From Alphaproteobacteria bacterium (GTDB taxonomy: Bacteria > Planctomycetota > Phycisphaerae > UBA1845), in the NCBI GenBank assembly GCA_028285105.1, contig JANQQE010000007.1, positions 3,408-67,407 of the forward strand: DNA of 64,000 bases, given 5' to 3'. The position numbers and the translations under genes are program-made. Positions 1-8,773 of this stretch are shown in pieces; position 1 is the first letter of the stretch, and each line of letters begins with the position of its first letter. The notes under the pieces are model-generated. The model saw only the letters and a list, made by a program, of their open reading frames with translations, did not search any database and was not told where the DNA came from.

Positions 1-466
1 TGAAAATCGGCGTTTCAAGTTTTTGACACTGCTGCAAACCGTCCGGCAGTTTGATGCCGCAGACCGTCTTGTCGCGCTGATATTCCTTCCAGCCCGAACC
101 TGTGATGTACCCCCGCACAACGCATTCGATGGGAACCACTTCGCACTTGCGGCAGATCGTCGTGCGATTTTGAAGTTGATCGAGATACGCATCCAATCCG
201 TCCGGTGCTTTGTCTTCGACCATTCCCAGAAAATGATTCGGCACTGTATCGCCAAGCCACTCGAACCAGAACCGCGACAACCGCGTCAGCATCTCGCCCT
301 TACCGGGTATCGCCGTCGGCAATACCACGTCATAGGCGCTGATCCGGTCGGTGGCTACGAGCAGCAGCGAATCGGCGAGTTCGTAAATATCGCGAACCTT
401 ACCGCGACGCACTTTCGCGTTCGGAATCGTCGTTTCGGTCACCACATTGGTGCAGCTTTCGATCAT
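1..466 (-). CDS. purC: SAICAR synthetase (phosphoribosylaminoimidazole-succinocarboxamide synthase), N-terminal part; gene runs off the left edge
   Basis: Absent from the ORF track because it has no stop in the window. Reverse translation from ATG 466-464 gives MIESCTNVVTETTIPNAKVRRGKVRDIYELADSLLLVATDRISAYDVVLPTAIPGKGEMLTRLSRFWFEWLGDTV... The GKVRDIYE, TDRISAYD and IPGKG motifs are the PurC signature. The frame stays open to position 2. Confidence 0.9.
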   Translation of the reverse strand, partial: MIESCTNVVTETTIPNAKVRRGKVRDIYELADSLLLVATDRISAYDVVLPTAIPGKGEMLTRLSRFWFEWLGDTVPNHFLGMVEDKAPDGLDAYLDQLQNRTTICRKCEVVPIECVVRGYITGSGWKEYQRDKTVCGIKLPDGLQQCQKLETPIF

Positions 467-628
467 GACGCCCTTTCCTGTGAGAAATCCGGAGATCAAC
501 CCATGTCAGTCGCAGTCCGGCAGATGGATTAACGTCGCATGTCGGTCGATCCATTTCCAACCGCCCCGTACAATCGTGTCAATCTTACAGCGCGGGCTAT
601 TCTGCAAACTTGGAGATGGGAAGCAACC

Positions 629-1606
629 GTGAGCGACAAAAACAATCCGATCAACCGAAGGATCGCTGTCACTCAGCCGATTCCCGAAGCCGGTTTGTCG
701 ATGCTTCGGTCTGTGGGCCAACTTGAAATCGGACCCGCCAACACAATTCACACACCCGATTCGCTTTGCAAACTGGTCAACGGTGCAGACGCGCTTGTGT
801 GCTTCGTCGGTGACACGATTAGCGAAACAATACTTCAGGCAGCCGCCCCCACTTGCAAGATCGTCGCCAACTACGGCGTCGGAACCGACAACATCGACAT
901 TGCAGCCGCATCGCGCCTGGGCATCCGCGTCACCAACACACCCGAAGCACCGACGGCTGCGACAGCCGACCTGACGATGGCCATCATGCTGTCGCTGATC
1001 CGCGATCTGCGAAGTGCAGAACAACTCGCGCGAAGTGGTTCGTGGGAAGGCATAGCCCCAATGCAGATATTCGGTGCAGATATCGTTGGCAAGACGCTGG
1101 GCATCGTCGGTGCAGGAGCGATCGGACGAGCCGTCGCGAAACGGGCACGCGGTTTTGATATGAAACTGCTATACACCTCTCGACAAAGGAACGCCGAAAT
1201 CGAATCGTTTGGCGGACGTCGCGTATCCATTGAAGCATTGTACGGAGAATCCGACATCGTTTCGTTGCATGTGGCTCTGACGCCCGAAACCAAACACCTC
1301 GTGGACGCGCCACTGCTATCGCGCATGAAACCGACCGCCTACATCGTCAATACCAGTCGCGGCGCCGTCGTGAAAGAATCCGCCTTGATCGATTGTCTCA
1401 AGAATCGCAAGATCGCCGGCGCAGCGCTCGACGTCTACGAATTCGAACCCGATATCCCAACCGAATTGCTAAGCATGCCCAATGTCCTCTGCGTTCCGCA
1501 CATCGGAAGCGCCACAACGGAAACGCGCGAATGGATGGCCCGAATGGCCGCAGCCAACGTCGTCGCATGTTTGACCGGTCAACCCTTGCCCAATCCGGTC
1601 AACTGA
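629..1606 (+). CDS. D-isomer-specific 2-hydroxyacid dehydrogenase (glyoxylate/hydroxypyruvate reductase family)
   Basis: ORF 539..1606. Motifs seen: GVGTDNIDIAAASRLGIRVTNTP, the NAD-binding GIVGAGAIGRAVAKRARGFDM, and the C-terminal PHIGSAT. I prefer GTG 629 as the start: a GGAG lies about 14 nt upstream, and the family usually begins near RRIAVTQPIPEAGL. ATG 539 is the alternative. Confidence 0.85.
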   Translation: MSDKNNPINRRIAVTQPIPEAGLSMLRSVGQLEIGPANTIHTPDSLCKLVNGADALVCFVGDTISETILQAAAPTCKIVANYGVGTDNIDIAAASRLGIRVTNTPEAPTAATADLTMAIMLSLIRDLRSAEQLARSGSWEGIAPMQIFGADIVGKTLGIVGAGAIGRAVAKRARGFDMKLLYTSRQRNAEIESFGGRRVSIEALYGESDIVSLHVALTPETKHLVDAPLLSRMKPTAYIVNTSRGAVVKESALIDCLKNRKIAGAALDVYEFEPDIPTELLSMPNVLCVPHIGSATTETREWMARMAAANVVACLTGQPLPNPVN

Positions 1607-1914
1607 ACCGTTCAACAATTCCCATAAACTACTAAAGAAGTGTATTGAAGTCGTCCGCGATTCTGCCCGTTTTCACCGCAAAACAGTCCAACACTCAAGA
1701 CAAAATAATACATCGCTGACACTCGACGCCCCACAACGCCTCGGGCATAATGGGGTTGCTCTGAATGGTAGCGGTTGGTCGGCGGGCGCAACGCAACCAT
1801 TCACACGAAAATCCAGGCGGGTCAACACTCGCGCTTCGCTAAGATGTGGAAAAGTCTGTGGGTCCTTCGGGACCAGAGCCGATACCATTCTTAAACGCAA
1901 CTCAAAGGGCAACC

Positions 1915-3441
1915 ATGCTGCGATTCTCTGTCAATAACAACGGGGCAACCACCGAGAAGATCGACCTCGATGGTGCGTACCTGGTTGGCAGCGACAGCGT
2001 ACCCCTCCGCGCAGACATTCAGTCGAAGGGCAACGAGTTCATCTGCAACACCAAAGCCGGTGGACCGGCAGCCCTCGCCATCGTTTGGCCGATCAAGGGC
2101 GGCGGACGCATGGTTCTCGAAACCACCCGCCTTCCCGAACGTGACCAGCCGTACAACCTGCAAGTCGAACTGCTGCGCGGTCGACTTATGCGAATCGCGC
2201 AGAAACGGGAAGACTGGGGTCTGTTCGATTTTGAAGGCATCGAGGAAGTCGCCAAGCTCATCGACCTCGCCCGCGATCAGTTGATCCTGGCGCTGCAAGC
2301 CAACACTCCAGATGAGGCGGCAGAGATCGCAGACAAGGGTATCGCCATGGCAATCATGGCTTCCGAGCAGCTCACCGCTTTTCACGCTGAGATTTTTCTC
2401 AATCGGCGAAAGCAAGTCAGCGGCTTCCCAAAACGCCTGCTTGGCACGCGGATCAATCCAAAATCGACCGAAGCCAAAGTGCGCGAGTTGATTCCGAAAG
2501 GTTGCGATTACGTTGCGATTCCCTTCTCTTGGCGCGACATCGAACCGCGCGAAAAGGAACTCAACTGGCAAGCCACCGACGATTGGATCGATTGGGCCAG
2601 TCGCCACCAGATTCCCGTGCGAGGTTGCGGATTGGTGTCGTTCACCAAAGCCAACGTTCCCGATTGGTTGTACATCTGGGAGCACGACTTCGAGGCCATC
2701 CGCGATTTGGTGTACGAACACGTCACCCGCATTATCAAACGATACGGGCAATACGTTTCCGTTTGGGACGTGATCTCCGGCATTCATGCATCGAACTGCT
2801 TCCAGTTCAACTTTGAACAACTCATGGAACTAACGCGGATGGCTGTCTCGGTCGCCAAGCAGACGGCTCCGCGCAGCCTGGCAGTTATCGACATCGTCAT
2901 GCCCTGGGGCGAATATTACGCCAGCAACCAGCGAACCATCCCCCCGATGCTCTACGCCGAAATGATCATGCAGAACGGCCTGAATTTCGATGCATTCGGT
3001 GTGCAGTGCTGTCTGGGCGTGGGGTCCGAGGGACGGTACGTTCGCGATATATTCGCGATTTCGTCGATGCTGGATCGATTTGCCAACTTCGGTAAGCCCG
3101 TCCACATCACCGGAATTCAAGTGCCGTCGAGTCCTGACGTTGGATCGGGCGATTCGTGGGAGGGCAAGGTGGCGGCGTCGGCTGGCGGTGCGTGGCATCG
3201 CGACTGGTCGCCGGAAATTCAAAGGGCATGGATGCGTCGCGTGTATCACATCGCCCTGAGCAAACCGTTTGTCGAAGCCATCACCTGGCAGGATTTTTGC
3301 GAGGACAGCCCTCACTTCCTGCCCCATGCGGGATTGATCGCCGGCGACGGCCAACCCAAACCCGCCTACGAAGAACTGGTCGAAATCAAAAAAGACCTCG
3401 GTACCGATGCCGATGGCGCTCCGACCAAAGCAGCGAGTTGA
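1915..3441 (+). CDS. TIM-barrel glycoside hydrolase, GH10 (xylanase)-like, with an N-terminal extra domain
   Basis: ORF 1846..3441, with an in-frame ATG at 1915 (MLRFSVNNNG). The segment YVAIPFSWRDIEPREKELNWQATDDWIDWASRHQIPVRGCGLVSF...VWDVISG...HITGIQVPS resembles the GH10 beta-strand signature pattern. Substrate is unknown. Confidence 0.55.
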   Translation: MLRFSVNNNGATTEKIDLDGAYLVGSDSVPLRADIQSKGNEFICNTKAGGPAALAIVWPIKGGGRMVLETTRLPERDQPYNLQVELLRGRLMRIAQKREDWGLFDFEGIEEVAKLIDLARDQLILALQANTPDEAAEIADKGIAMAIMASEQLTAFHAEIFLNRRKQVSGFPKRLLGTRINPKSTEAKVRELIPKGCDYVAIPFSWRDIEPREKELNWQATDDWIDWASRHQIPVRGCGLVSFTKANVPDWLYIWEHDFEAIRDLVYEHVTRIIKRYGQYVSVWDVISGIHASNCFQFNFEQLMELTRMAVSVAKQTAPRSLAVIDIVMPWGEYYASNQRTIPPMLYAEMIMQNGLNFDAFGVQCCLGVGSEGRYVRDIFAISSMLDRFANFGKPVHITGIQVPSSPDVGSGDSWEGKVAASAGGAWHRDWSPEIQRAWMRRVYHIALSKPFVEAITWQDFCEDSPHFLPHAGLIAGDGQPKPAYEELVEIKKDLGTDADGAPTKAAS

Positions 3442-3513
3442 GTTCGCGGTTCAATGCGATTATCCAAGTAGGTGTTCCACTGAATATTCGCCAGCATTTA
3501 CGATCCGAAACAA

Positions 3514-3879
3514 ATGGACCCATTGCAGGCAAACCAAGATTCAACAAGGCTACTGACAGCCCCTTTCGCAATCGTCATTCCATTGACCTGCGTCTGGCTA
3601 ACAGTCGCAATCACAAGCACCCCGGTTGAACTGGCGTCCGCCGCAAGCGAGACCGAAGGCCTGCGAATCAACCCCAACACCGCAAGCTGGCCGGACCTGG
3701 CACTGCTCCCGCGCATCGGTGAAGTGACGGCCCAGCGCATCATCGAATATCGTCAGGAAAACAAACGTGAAGACGGCATGCCGGTATTCAACAGATCGGC
3801 AGACTTGGAAAATGTAAGAGGGATCGGGCCGGTAACGGTTTCGAGAATCGCGCCATATCTGGAATTTAAGGCAGAATAG
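3514..3879 (+). CDS. ComEA-like helix-hairpin-helix DNA-binding protein with N-terminal membrane anchor
   Basis: Two HhH units are visible: INPNTASWPDLALLPRIGEVTAQRIIEYR and LENVRGIGPVTVSRIAPYL. An N-terminal hydrophobic helix (FAIVIPLTCVWLTVAI) is present. Confidence 0.75.
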   Translation: MDPLQANQDSTRLLTAPFAIVIPLTCVWLTVAITSTPVELASAASETEGLRINPNTASWPDLALLPRIGEVTAQRIIEYRQENKREDGMPVFNRSADLENVRGIGPVTVSRIAPYLEFKAE

Positions 3880-3880
3880 C

Positions 3881-4510
3881 CTAACGGCAGAATCCATCAT
3901 CCTCGCAGAAATTGACGTCGAAAGCGCCCTGACTGTCCACGCTAGCCGCCTGACAATCAAGGCTGCTTTCGCACGGAATCCTAACCGCACAGGTTGACGA
4001 GGGAACGGACGATGCCCTCAAGCAAACCTGGCATTGGTTGCAGTCGGCATCGAATTCGCAGAAATTGCCGATCCCTTCCTGCGCAAATGGTCCGTCGCAA
4101 TCGATCGCGGAAGCGTCCACAAACTCGATAGCACACTCGAGCGGAGTTCCCTTTTGAATTCCGTCGCTGGCGATCTCGGTGACAACGACAACCGCCGAGG
4201 CTGGAATCTCGCTCTGGAAATCGATTCCGCCGTTGGAGTTGTCCGGATCCAATGGTAGTTGCTCAATGACGAAATCGGTATCTTCAGGCTCAGTATCTTC
4301 AATGGTGAACGTAAAATAGCTGTCGTCGGACGTCAGCGTGATTCCGATCCGAGCGCGATCGCCCACAATCGTCAGGCCGGGGCAATCGAGTTCGAACACC
4401 GAATCCACGTTGCATGCCGGAGTTAGCCACAACACCAGAATCCCCAGAGTAAACACAGCAGTGGATACCATGCGTCGCAGACGATCTGCAAGACTCATTG
4501 AAACATTCAT
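3881..4510 (-). CDS. Secreted hypothetical protein with Cys-rich C-terminus
   Basis: This is the track ORF 3881..4903 trimmed to ATG 4510 (MNVSMSLADRLRRMVSTAVFTLGILVLWLTPAC), which gives a signal/lipobox-like N-terminus and removes the overlap with the divergent gene at 4586. The C-terminus carries 12 or more Cys (CEFDADCNQCQVCL...CESSLDCQ...FCEDDGFC). Confidence 0.6.
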   Translation of the reverse strand: MNVSMSLADRLRRMVSTAVFTLGILVLWLTPACNVDSVFELDCPGLTIVGDRARIGITLTSDDSYFTFTIEDTEPEDTDFVIEQLPLDPDNSNGGIDFQSEIPASAVVVVTEIASDGIQKGTPLECAIEFVDASAIDCDGPFAQEGIGNFCEFDADCNQCQVCLRASSVPSSTCAVRIPCESSLDCQAASVDSQGAFDVNFCEDDGFCR

Positions 4511-4585
4511 TGCGATGTCCTTCCGAAGTGTAGACAGCGACCCAAACATGAATATTAGACTAACCGCTGGTATGATGACGATCAA

Positions 4586-5218
4586 TTGATTCTTGTGCTT
4601 ACGGACCCCGAAACCGGCGCAAACGAACCATCGACCGGCAAAAAGCCCGTGACCGACGACAAGTCCCAACCGAACATATGCAAGATCGACATCGTTGAGA
4701 GCTACAAGAACTACAAGCCACCGATTCGAGTTCGCGCTGCCGTCGAACGGCTTGTCGGATGCATTCCGGACAAGTACAAGTGGGGCCTCAAGACGATTGT
4801 GCTGACGGACACGGCCAGCCTTTCCCGTGGTGGACCGCATGGCAAACTCAAGAGCAGAAACAAGCGAGTGCAACAACGCGATTGCCGTGGCATGTACATG
4901 CAAAAATGGAAAGGCGAGCCAGCATGGATTCGACTAATTGTCGACAATACGCTTAGCGGTTGGAACAGATTTGCACTTCGGATTCCCTTACTTCAAGACA
5001 TTGCGATCGGCGAAGTGCTTTACCACGAATTCGGGCATCACATCCACGAAACCAAAAAACCGGAATTCAAAGAAAAAGAAGATGTTGCCGACCGTTGGAG
5101 TGCAAGGTTGATGGTCATGTATCTTCGCAAGCAATACTGGTATCTAACGCCAATCTTCGTAACGGTGGCACACACCTTAAAGTTTCATCGGCGGATACGT
5201 GCAAGATTCAAACGGTAA
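4586..5218 (+). CDS. Hypothetical protein with a single HExxH zinc-metallopeptidase-type motif
   Basis: 210-aa ORF with a TTG start. The motif VLYHEFGHHIHE lies near the C-terminus. I recognise no other family features. Confidence 0.5.
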   Translation: MILVLTDPETGANEPSTGKKPVTDDKSQPNICKIDIVESYKNYKPPIRVRAAVERLVGCIPDKYKWGLKTIVLTDTASLSRGGPHGKLKSRNKRVQQRDCRGMYMQKWKGEPAWIRLIVDNTLSGWNRFALRIPLLQDIAIGEVLYHEFGHHIHETKKPEFKEKEDVADRWSARLMVMYLRKQYWYLTPIFVTVAHTLKFHRRIRARFKR

Positions 5219-5285
5219 CAGGTGCGGCAAGCCGTACTCTATTTTGATATTGCCGGAAGCCAAAATAGCAGCTAAGGTTTGGGAT

Positions 5286-6068
5286 ATGTATGAAATTTTT
5301 GAGGAGCGAAATCTTAAGGTCGCCGAAGTGTTCGAATCGCTGAGGCAGCGGCATGAATTGCTGATCGGGCATGACGAGGTCGACCCGATCGAATTGACGC
5401 TCGACACCAAAGTCCGCGACTGGCAATGCTACAGTGAAGACATGGGGCGTACATGGTTGTACAACGCTCAGCTACTTAACCAGTGGTTTGATATGGACGC
5501 ACCGCTGGCAGAGTGGAAGGCCGTGTTGCGTCCGGCAAAAACCAAGGCGTTGTCCGACGTCTGCTCTTTTGTCGCGCGCCACGCCAAAGTGTTGTGCATC
5601 CCAGAGCCGAACTTTCTCGGGCGCCTATGCCGAACCGCCGGCGCGTTTCTTATGATCCGCGAAATGATGAATGAAGCTGGCGTGAATACTGAAAACCTTC
5701 GGCCAAGTTCGCTTGTGTCGCACTATAGAGAAAAGGGCTTGCCAGAAATCATCTCAATGATCATGCAGATTAGCCCCGAACTCAGACACCGCGCCAGGAT
5801 TTGGTACCGGAATGACTGGTTGCACCTTATAGCAGGATTTGTTTTGTTTGTTGCAACCTTCGTGTTGTTGCCCGTCGGCATTCATGCAAGTTTCCTGATC
5901 CTTGCAATGGGTCTACTCTGCTTCGCGAGTTTCATTTACATTTGGCATAAGTCTGAAAAGTATGCGAGCCAGATTTACTGGGTCGAAATCGAAAACGTTA
6001 ACACGATCCGCGACCTCTGCCATCTCCTGGTTGGTACTGGCCAATTCGCCACAAGACAACTACTCTGA
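5286..6068 (+). CDS. Hypothetical protein, C-terminal two-helix membrane anchor
   Basis: ORF 5199..6068. ATG 5286 (MYEIFEERNL) avoids overlap with the upstream gene. There are two hydrophobic helices near the C-terminus. The region looks more A/T-rich than its neighbours by eye. Confidence 0.5.
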   Translation: MYEIFEERNLKVAEVFESLRQRHELLIGHDEVDPIELTLDTKVRDWQCYSEDMGRTWLYNAQLLNQWFDMDAPLAEWKAVLRPAKTKALSDVCSFVARHAKVLCIPEPNFLGRLCRTAGAFLMIREMMNEAGVNTENLRPSSLVSHYREKGLPEIISMIMQISPELRHRARIWYRNDWLHLIAGFVLFVATFVLLPVGIHASFLILAMGLLCFASFIYIWHKSEKYASQIYWVEIENVNTIRDLCHLLVGTGQFATRQLL

Positions 6069-7037
6069 GCTTACTTTCTTTAGCAGTTCATCCGACTCGC
6101 TTCTTGGCAACGCGATGAACATCTTGCGGAATGTCTCGCGGGTGTGTTTGTCGGCACCGCTTCCCATTGATCTGATGAAGCGCTTGCGGGCTGGTCGCTT
6201 TAGTGCGGTTAGTCTTCGCCAGCAACTTTCCGCGGCTTCTTCGCGCAGCGACTTTTCCAGGTCCGGGTCGATTTCCTGGTTTGATCCGACTTCGCTGCGA
6301 CGGGCGGTTTCTCGCAGTTGCCTGAATTCCAGGTCGCCAGTCAGCGCTCGGCGCATGGCCACCTGAATCCGTCGTTCGCATTGCAGCACGCGCGAGTACG
6401 ATGAGTTTGTATCGCGGGCGATTTGACGAAGGGCTGTCTTTGAATCCTCTTCCGGAACGAGCAACCGCTGTTGAATAATTCGCTCGATCAATTCTGCGCG
6501 GTCGCTGCGGGTGGCTTTTCGTCTTGCCACGATCCGAGTTGCGATATCCAACGCCTGTTCGTACTTCTCGCGAAGCCGATCGCCAATCGTTCGCGACGGA
6601 CCTGCCGCTACCGAGTCAACTCTCTCATCCAAGCGCGGATCGATGTCGAGCGAATAAACCTTCGGTATTTCGCGTTTTGGGGCTTCGACCTTGGAACCAT
6701 CCACGCTTCGCTTGCACTTTGGTTTGCGACTGCGTTTGCGAGGCACACGAATCAGCGACTCATCACGCAAGAGCGCCGCACTGACTGCCGTGTGAATCCG
6801 CGGAAGTGCAAACGCTGCAAATGGAATACCACCATCCGGATCAAACTTCCGTGCCGACCGAATCAGCCCAATGCACCCCTCCTGAAACAAATCTTCATAG
6901 TCCCGATCCGATTTACCGACGGCAGTGTTCCGCACATACCGCCGAATGTGCAAACCCACCAATCCCATGTTCTCTTCAACCAGTTTCCGCTGCCCCACCG
7001 TCAATTGCTCAATTCCGCTGAAATCGTTCGACGCCAT
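6060..7037 (-). CDS. Sigma-70 family RNA polymerase sigma factor with a C-terminal extension of about 100 aa
   Basis: ORF 6060..7145 trimmed to ATG 7037 (MASNDFSG). Region 2 reads DYEDLFQEGCIGLIRSARKFDPDGGIPFAAFALPRIHTAVSAAL. The region 4 HTH reads TALRQIARDTNSSYSRVLQCERRIQVAMRRAL. An Arg/Glu-rich tail follows. Confidence 0.8.
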   Translation of the reverse strand: MASNDFSGIEQLTVGQRKLVEENMGLVGLHIRRYVRNTAVGKSDRDYEDLFQEGCIGLIRSARKFDPDGGIPFAAFALPRIHTAVSAALLRDESLIRVPRKRSRKPKCKRSVDGSKVEAPKREIPKVYSLDIDPRLDERVDSVAAGPSRTIGDRLREKYEQALDIATRIVARRKATRSDRAELIERIIQQRLLVPEEDSKTALRQIARDTNSSYSRVLQCERRIQVAMRRALTGDLEFRQLRETARRSEVGSNQEIDPDLEKSLREEAAESCWRRLTALKRPARKRFIRSMGSGADKHTRETFRKMFIALPRSESDELLKKVSSE

Positions 7038-7310
7038 CGGCCCTTTCCCCCCTTGCCGTTCACCCATTGATTGAACCGCTCCGCACCAGCAGATCAGCCA
7101 CCCCGACAAAACCCTAACATATACCAAACAACTACTGGGGGTCAAGGCTCGGAATCATGACAAAGAGACGAGGGGCGAGGGTATTGCAACAAGGGTTGGA
7201 AAAGCATGAAATTCGGCGTGACCAATCGAATCTTAGCGCCACAATCTGCTGATAAGAAATGAGTTATGACGTTCTTATTGATTTGTTAACAAAGGGAAAA
7301 CCAAAACCAT

Positions 7311-7784
7311 TTAGACTTGCATCCCGGCGACGATGGCTTGAAACATGATCTTGCCATCGACCACGCCCTGCACGTCGGCTTTGACGCGTCGGGTGCGGTC
7401 TTCGATCATCCTTGCCAGCACATAAAGGCGACATGGCGGTATGACCGCATCGCGGAACCGACACTGCTCGACCCCGCTGAAAACGATAAACTTATCGCAG
7501 CCGTCCACATAACGGGTCAGAAATGCAATGAGTTGGGCGCTGCATTCGAGCTGGAGGACACCCGGGAAGATTGGCCGACCCGGAACGTGACCACGAACCC
7601 ACCACCCATCCGGTTTGCAATCGTGATAAGCCACCGCAAGCCCGGCTTCCTTGTCCACGTATGTCAGGCCATCGAGCAGTGCAAACTCGAATTTATGCGG
7701 CATTCTCTCATAAATGTCCTGGTGGGAATAAACTTCTTCGCGATCGGTGAAGAGATCGCTTTCAATGAGAAGTGGCGGTGGCAT
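7311..7784 (-). CDS. FabZ/FabA-like hot-dog fold 3-hydroxyacyl-ACP dehydratase family protein
   Basis: The protein reads PHKFEFALLDGLTYVDKEAGLAVAYHDCKPDGWWVRGHVPGRPIFPGVLQLECSAQL. This matches the catalytic H...PG-hydrophobic-LxxE pattern of FabZ-type dehydratases. Confidence 0.8.
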   Translation of the reverse strand: MPPPLLIESDLFTDREEVYSHQDIYERMPHKFEFALLDGLTYVDKEAGLAVAYHDCKPDGWWVRGHVPGRPIFPGVLQLECSAQLIAFLTRYVDGCDKFIVFSGVEQCRFRDAVIPPCRLYVLARMIEDRTRRVKADVQGVVDGKIMFQAIVAGMQV

Positions 7785-8114
7785 GTGTGTTCAAATAGTT
7801 AAGTAGCGTCCAAAGACCACGTCCGTGGCTTGGTGATGGAATCGTTCAATCATCGACCGACTTGAATCATCGACCGAATGCAACCATCGACGCACAAAGG
7901 TCGTTCAATCGTCGGACTTACAGTTGAAGCATGTCCGAATCTGTGAGCCCGTCGCCCTCAGAATTCAGAATTGGCAACCCATAAAATGCGTTGGGTTTAG
8001 ATAACAGCCGAAAGTATGTCTAACAAGGTCAACCGCTGCCGGTATTGCTCCAGCGCATTCGGAACCAACCACCAATGAACACGCACCGCGCCAACAGCGT
8101 GTGTACCGAACTGC

Positions 8115-8294
8115 CTAGCTGCCCTCGGTCGAGCGAACTTCGAGGATTTGCTTGCGAACCTCTTGAGCAGCGGCTTTGACTTCTTGCATGATTTTGCGAA
8201 CGCGGGTTCCAGCCGCCTTATTGCCACCAGTCGCCTTGCGTACGTCGTCAGCGGCTGACTCTACAAGATGCCTCAGTTGTTCGTATGCTTCCAT
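8115..8294 (-). CDS. Histone H1-like nucleoid protein (Hc1 family), 59 aa
   Basis: Below the 60-aa ORF-track cutoff. My own translation is MEAYEQLRHLVESAADDVRKATGGNKAAGTRVRKIMQEVKAAAQEVRKQILEVRSTEGS. The GNKAAGTRxRKxMQ core is typical of Hc1-type small basic proteins. Confidence 0.75.
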   Translation of the reverse strand: MEAYEQLRHLVESAADDVRKATGGNKAAGTRVRKIMQEVKAAAQEVRKQILEVRSTEGS

Positions 8295-8773
8295 TGGGAA
8301 ACTCCTGCCTCAATATCCGTCCACACCACCGGCTTGAATTCGTTCATGCCCGTCCTTGGGCACCTTCCGGGGCGGAAGTCTAGCAGAGCATCTCGGGGCA
8401 CGCAAAGGATTTCGACCTCTCCAACCGCGTTTTGGATGATGCAAACGCGGATTTCGGCAATCAAATGGATAATTCGGGACAAAAAGGCAGATTGGGAAAG
8501 ATTATCCGTCTTGCGTATAACTTCTTTGAAATCATAACTTTACGAAAGCGGTGGACCTGGCACCGTCCTTGACCGGACTCCCGGATAATGACTCTAAAGC
8601 ATTTATTAACAGTAAGTTACGGTCACGAAGTTGAAGATTTCGGCTGTCTGAGTCCGGTAACCCTGTATCTCTTTCCCTACAGACGGCTGAATTATCGGTC
8701 CGATTTATCTGGGAGGGACATTTGAATCACGAGAACCGGTGCGCTGAATCACCGCGGCTGCCTTGAATCTGAC

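Noticed and set aside
23-532. 169-aa plus-strand ORF at the left edge
   Set aside because: It is antisense to an unmistakable PurC reading frame (minus strand, 1-466). Its own translation has no recognisable features and is Arg/Ala-biased, as expected of a GC-rich shadow ORF.
1891-2820. 309-aa minus-strand ORF
   Set aside because: It lies entirely inside the GH10-like gene and is antisense to it. The plus-strand frame has the convincing domain pattern.
3881-4903. Full-length 340-aa version of the minus-strand ORF
   Set aside because: The upstream 131 codons overlap the divergent gene at 4586 and have no signal peptide. The internal ATG at 4510 gives a proper secretion signal, so I trimmed to it.
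7997-8227. 76-aa minus-strand ORF
   Set aside because: It is out of frame with, and overlaps, the 59-aa Hc1-like gene (8115-8294), which has a clear family signature. The 76-aa translation is featureless.
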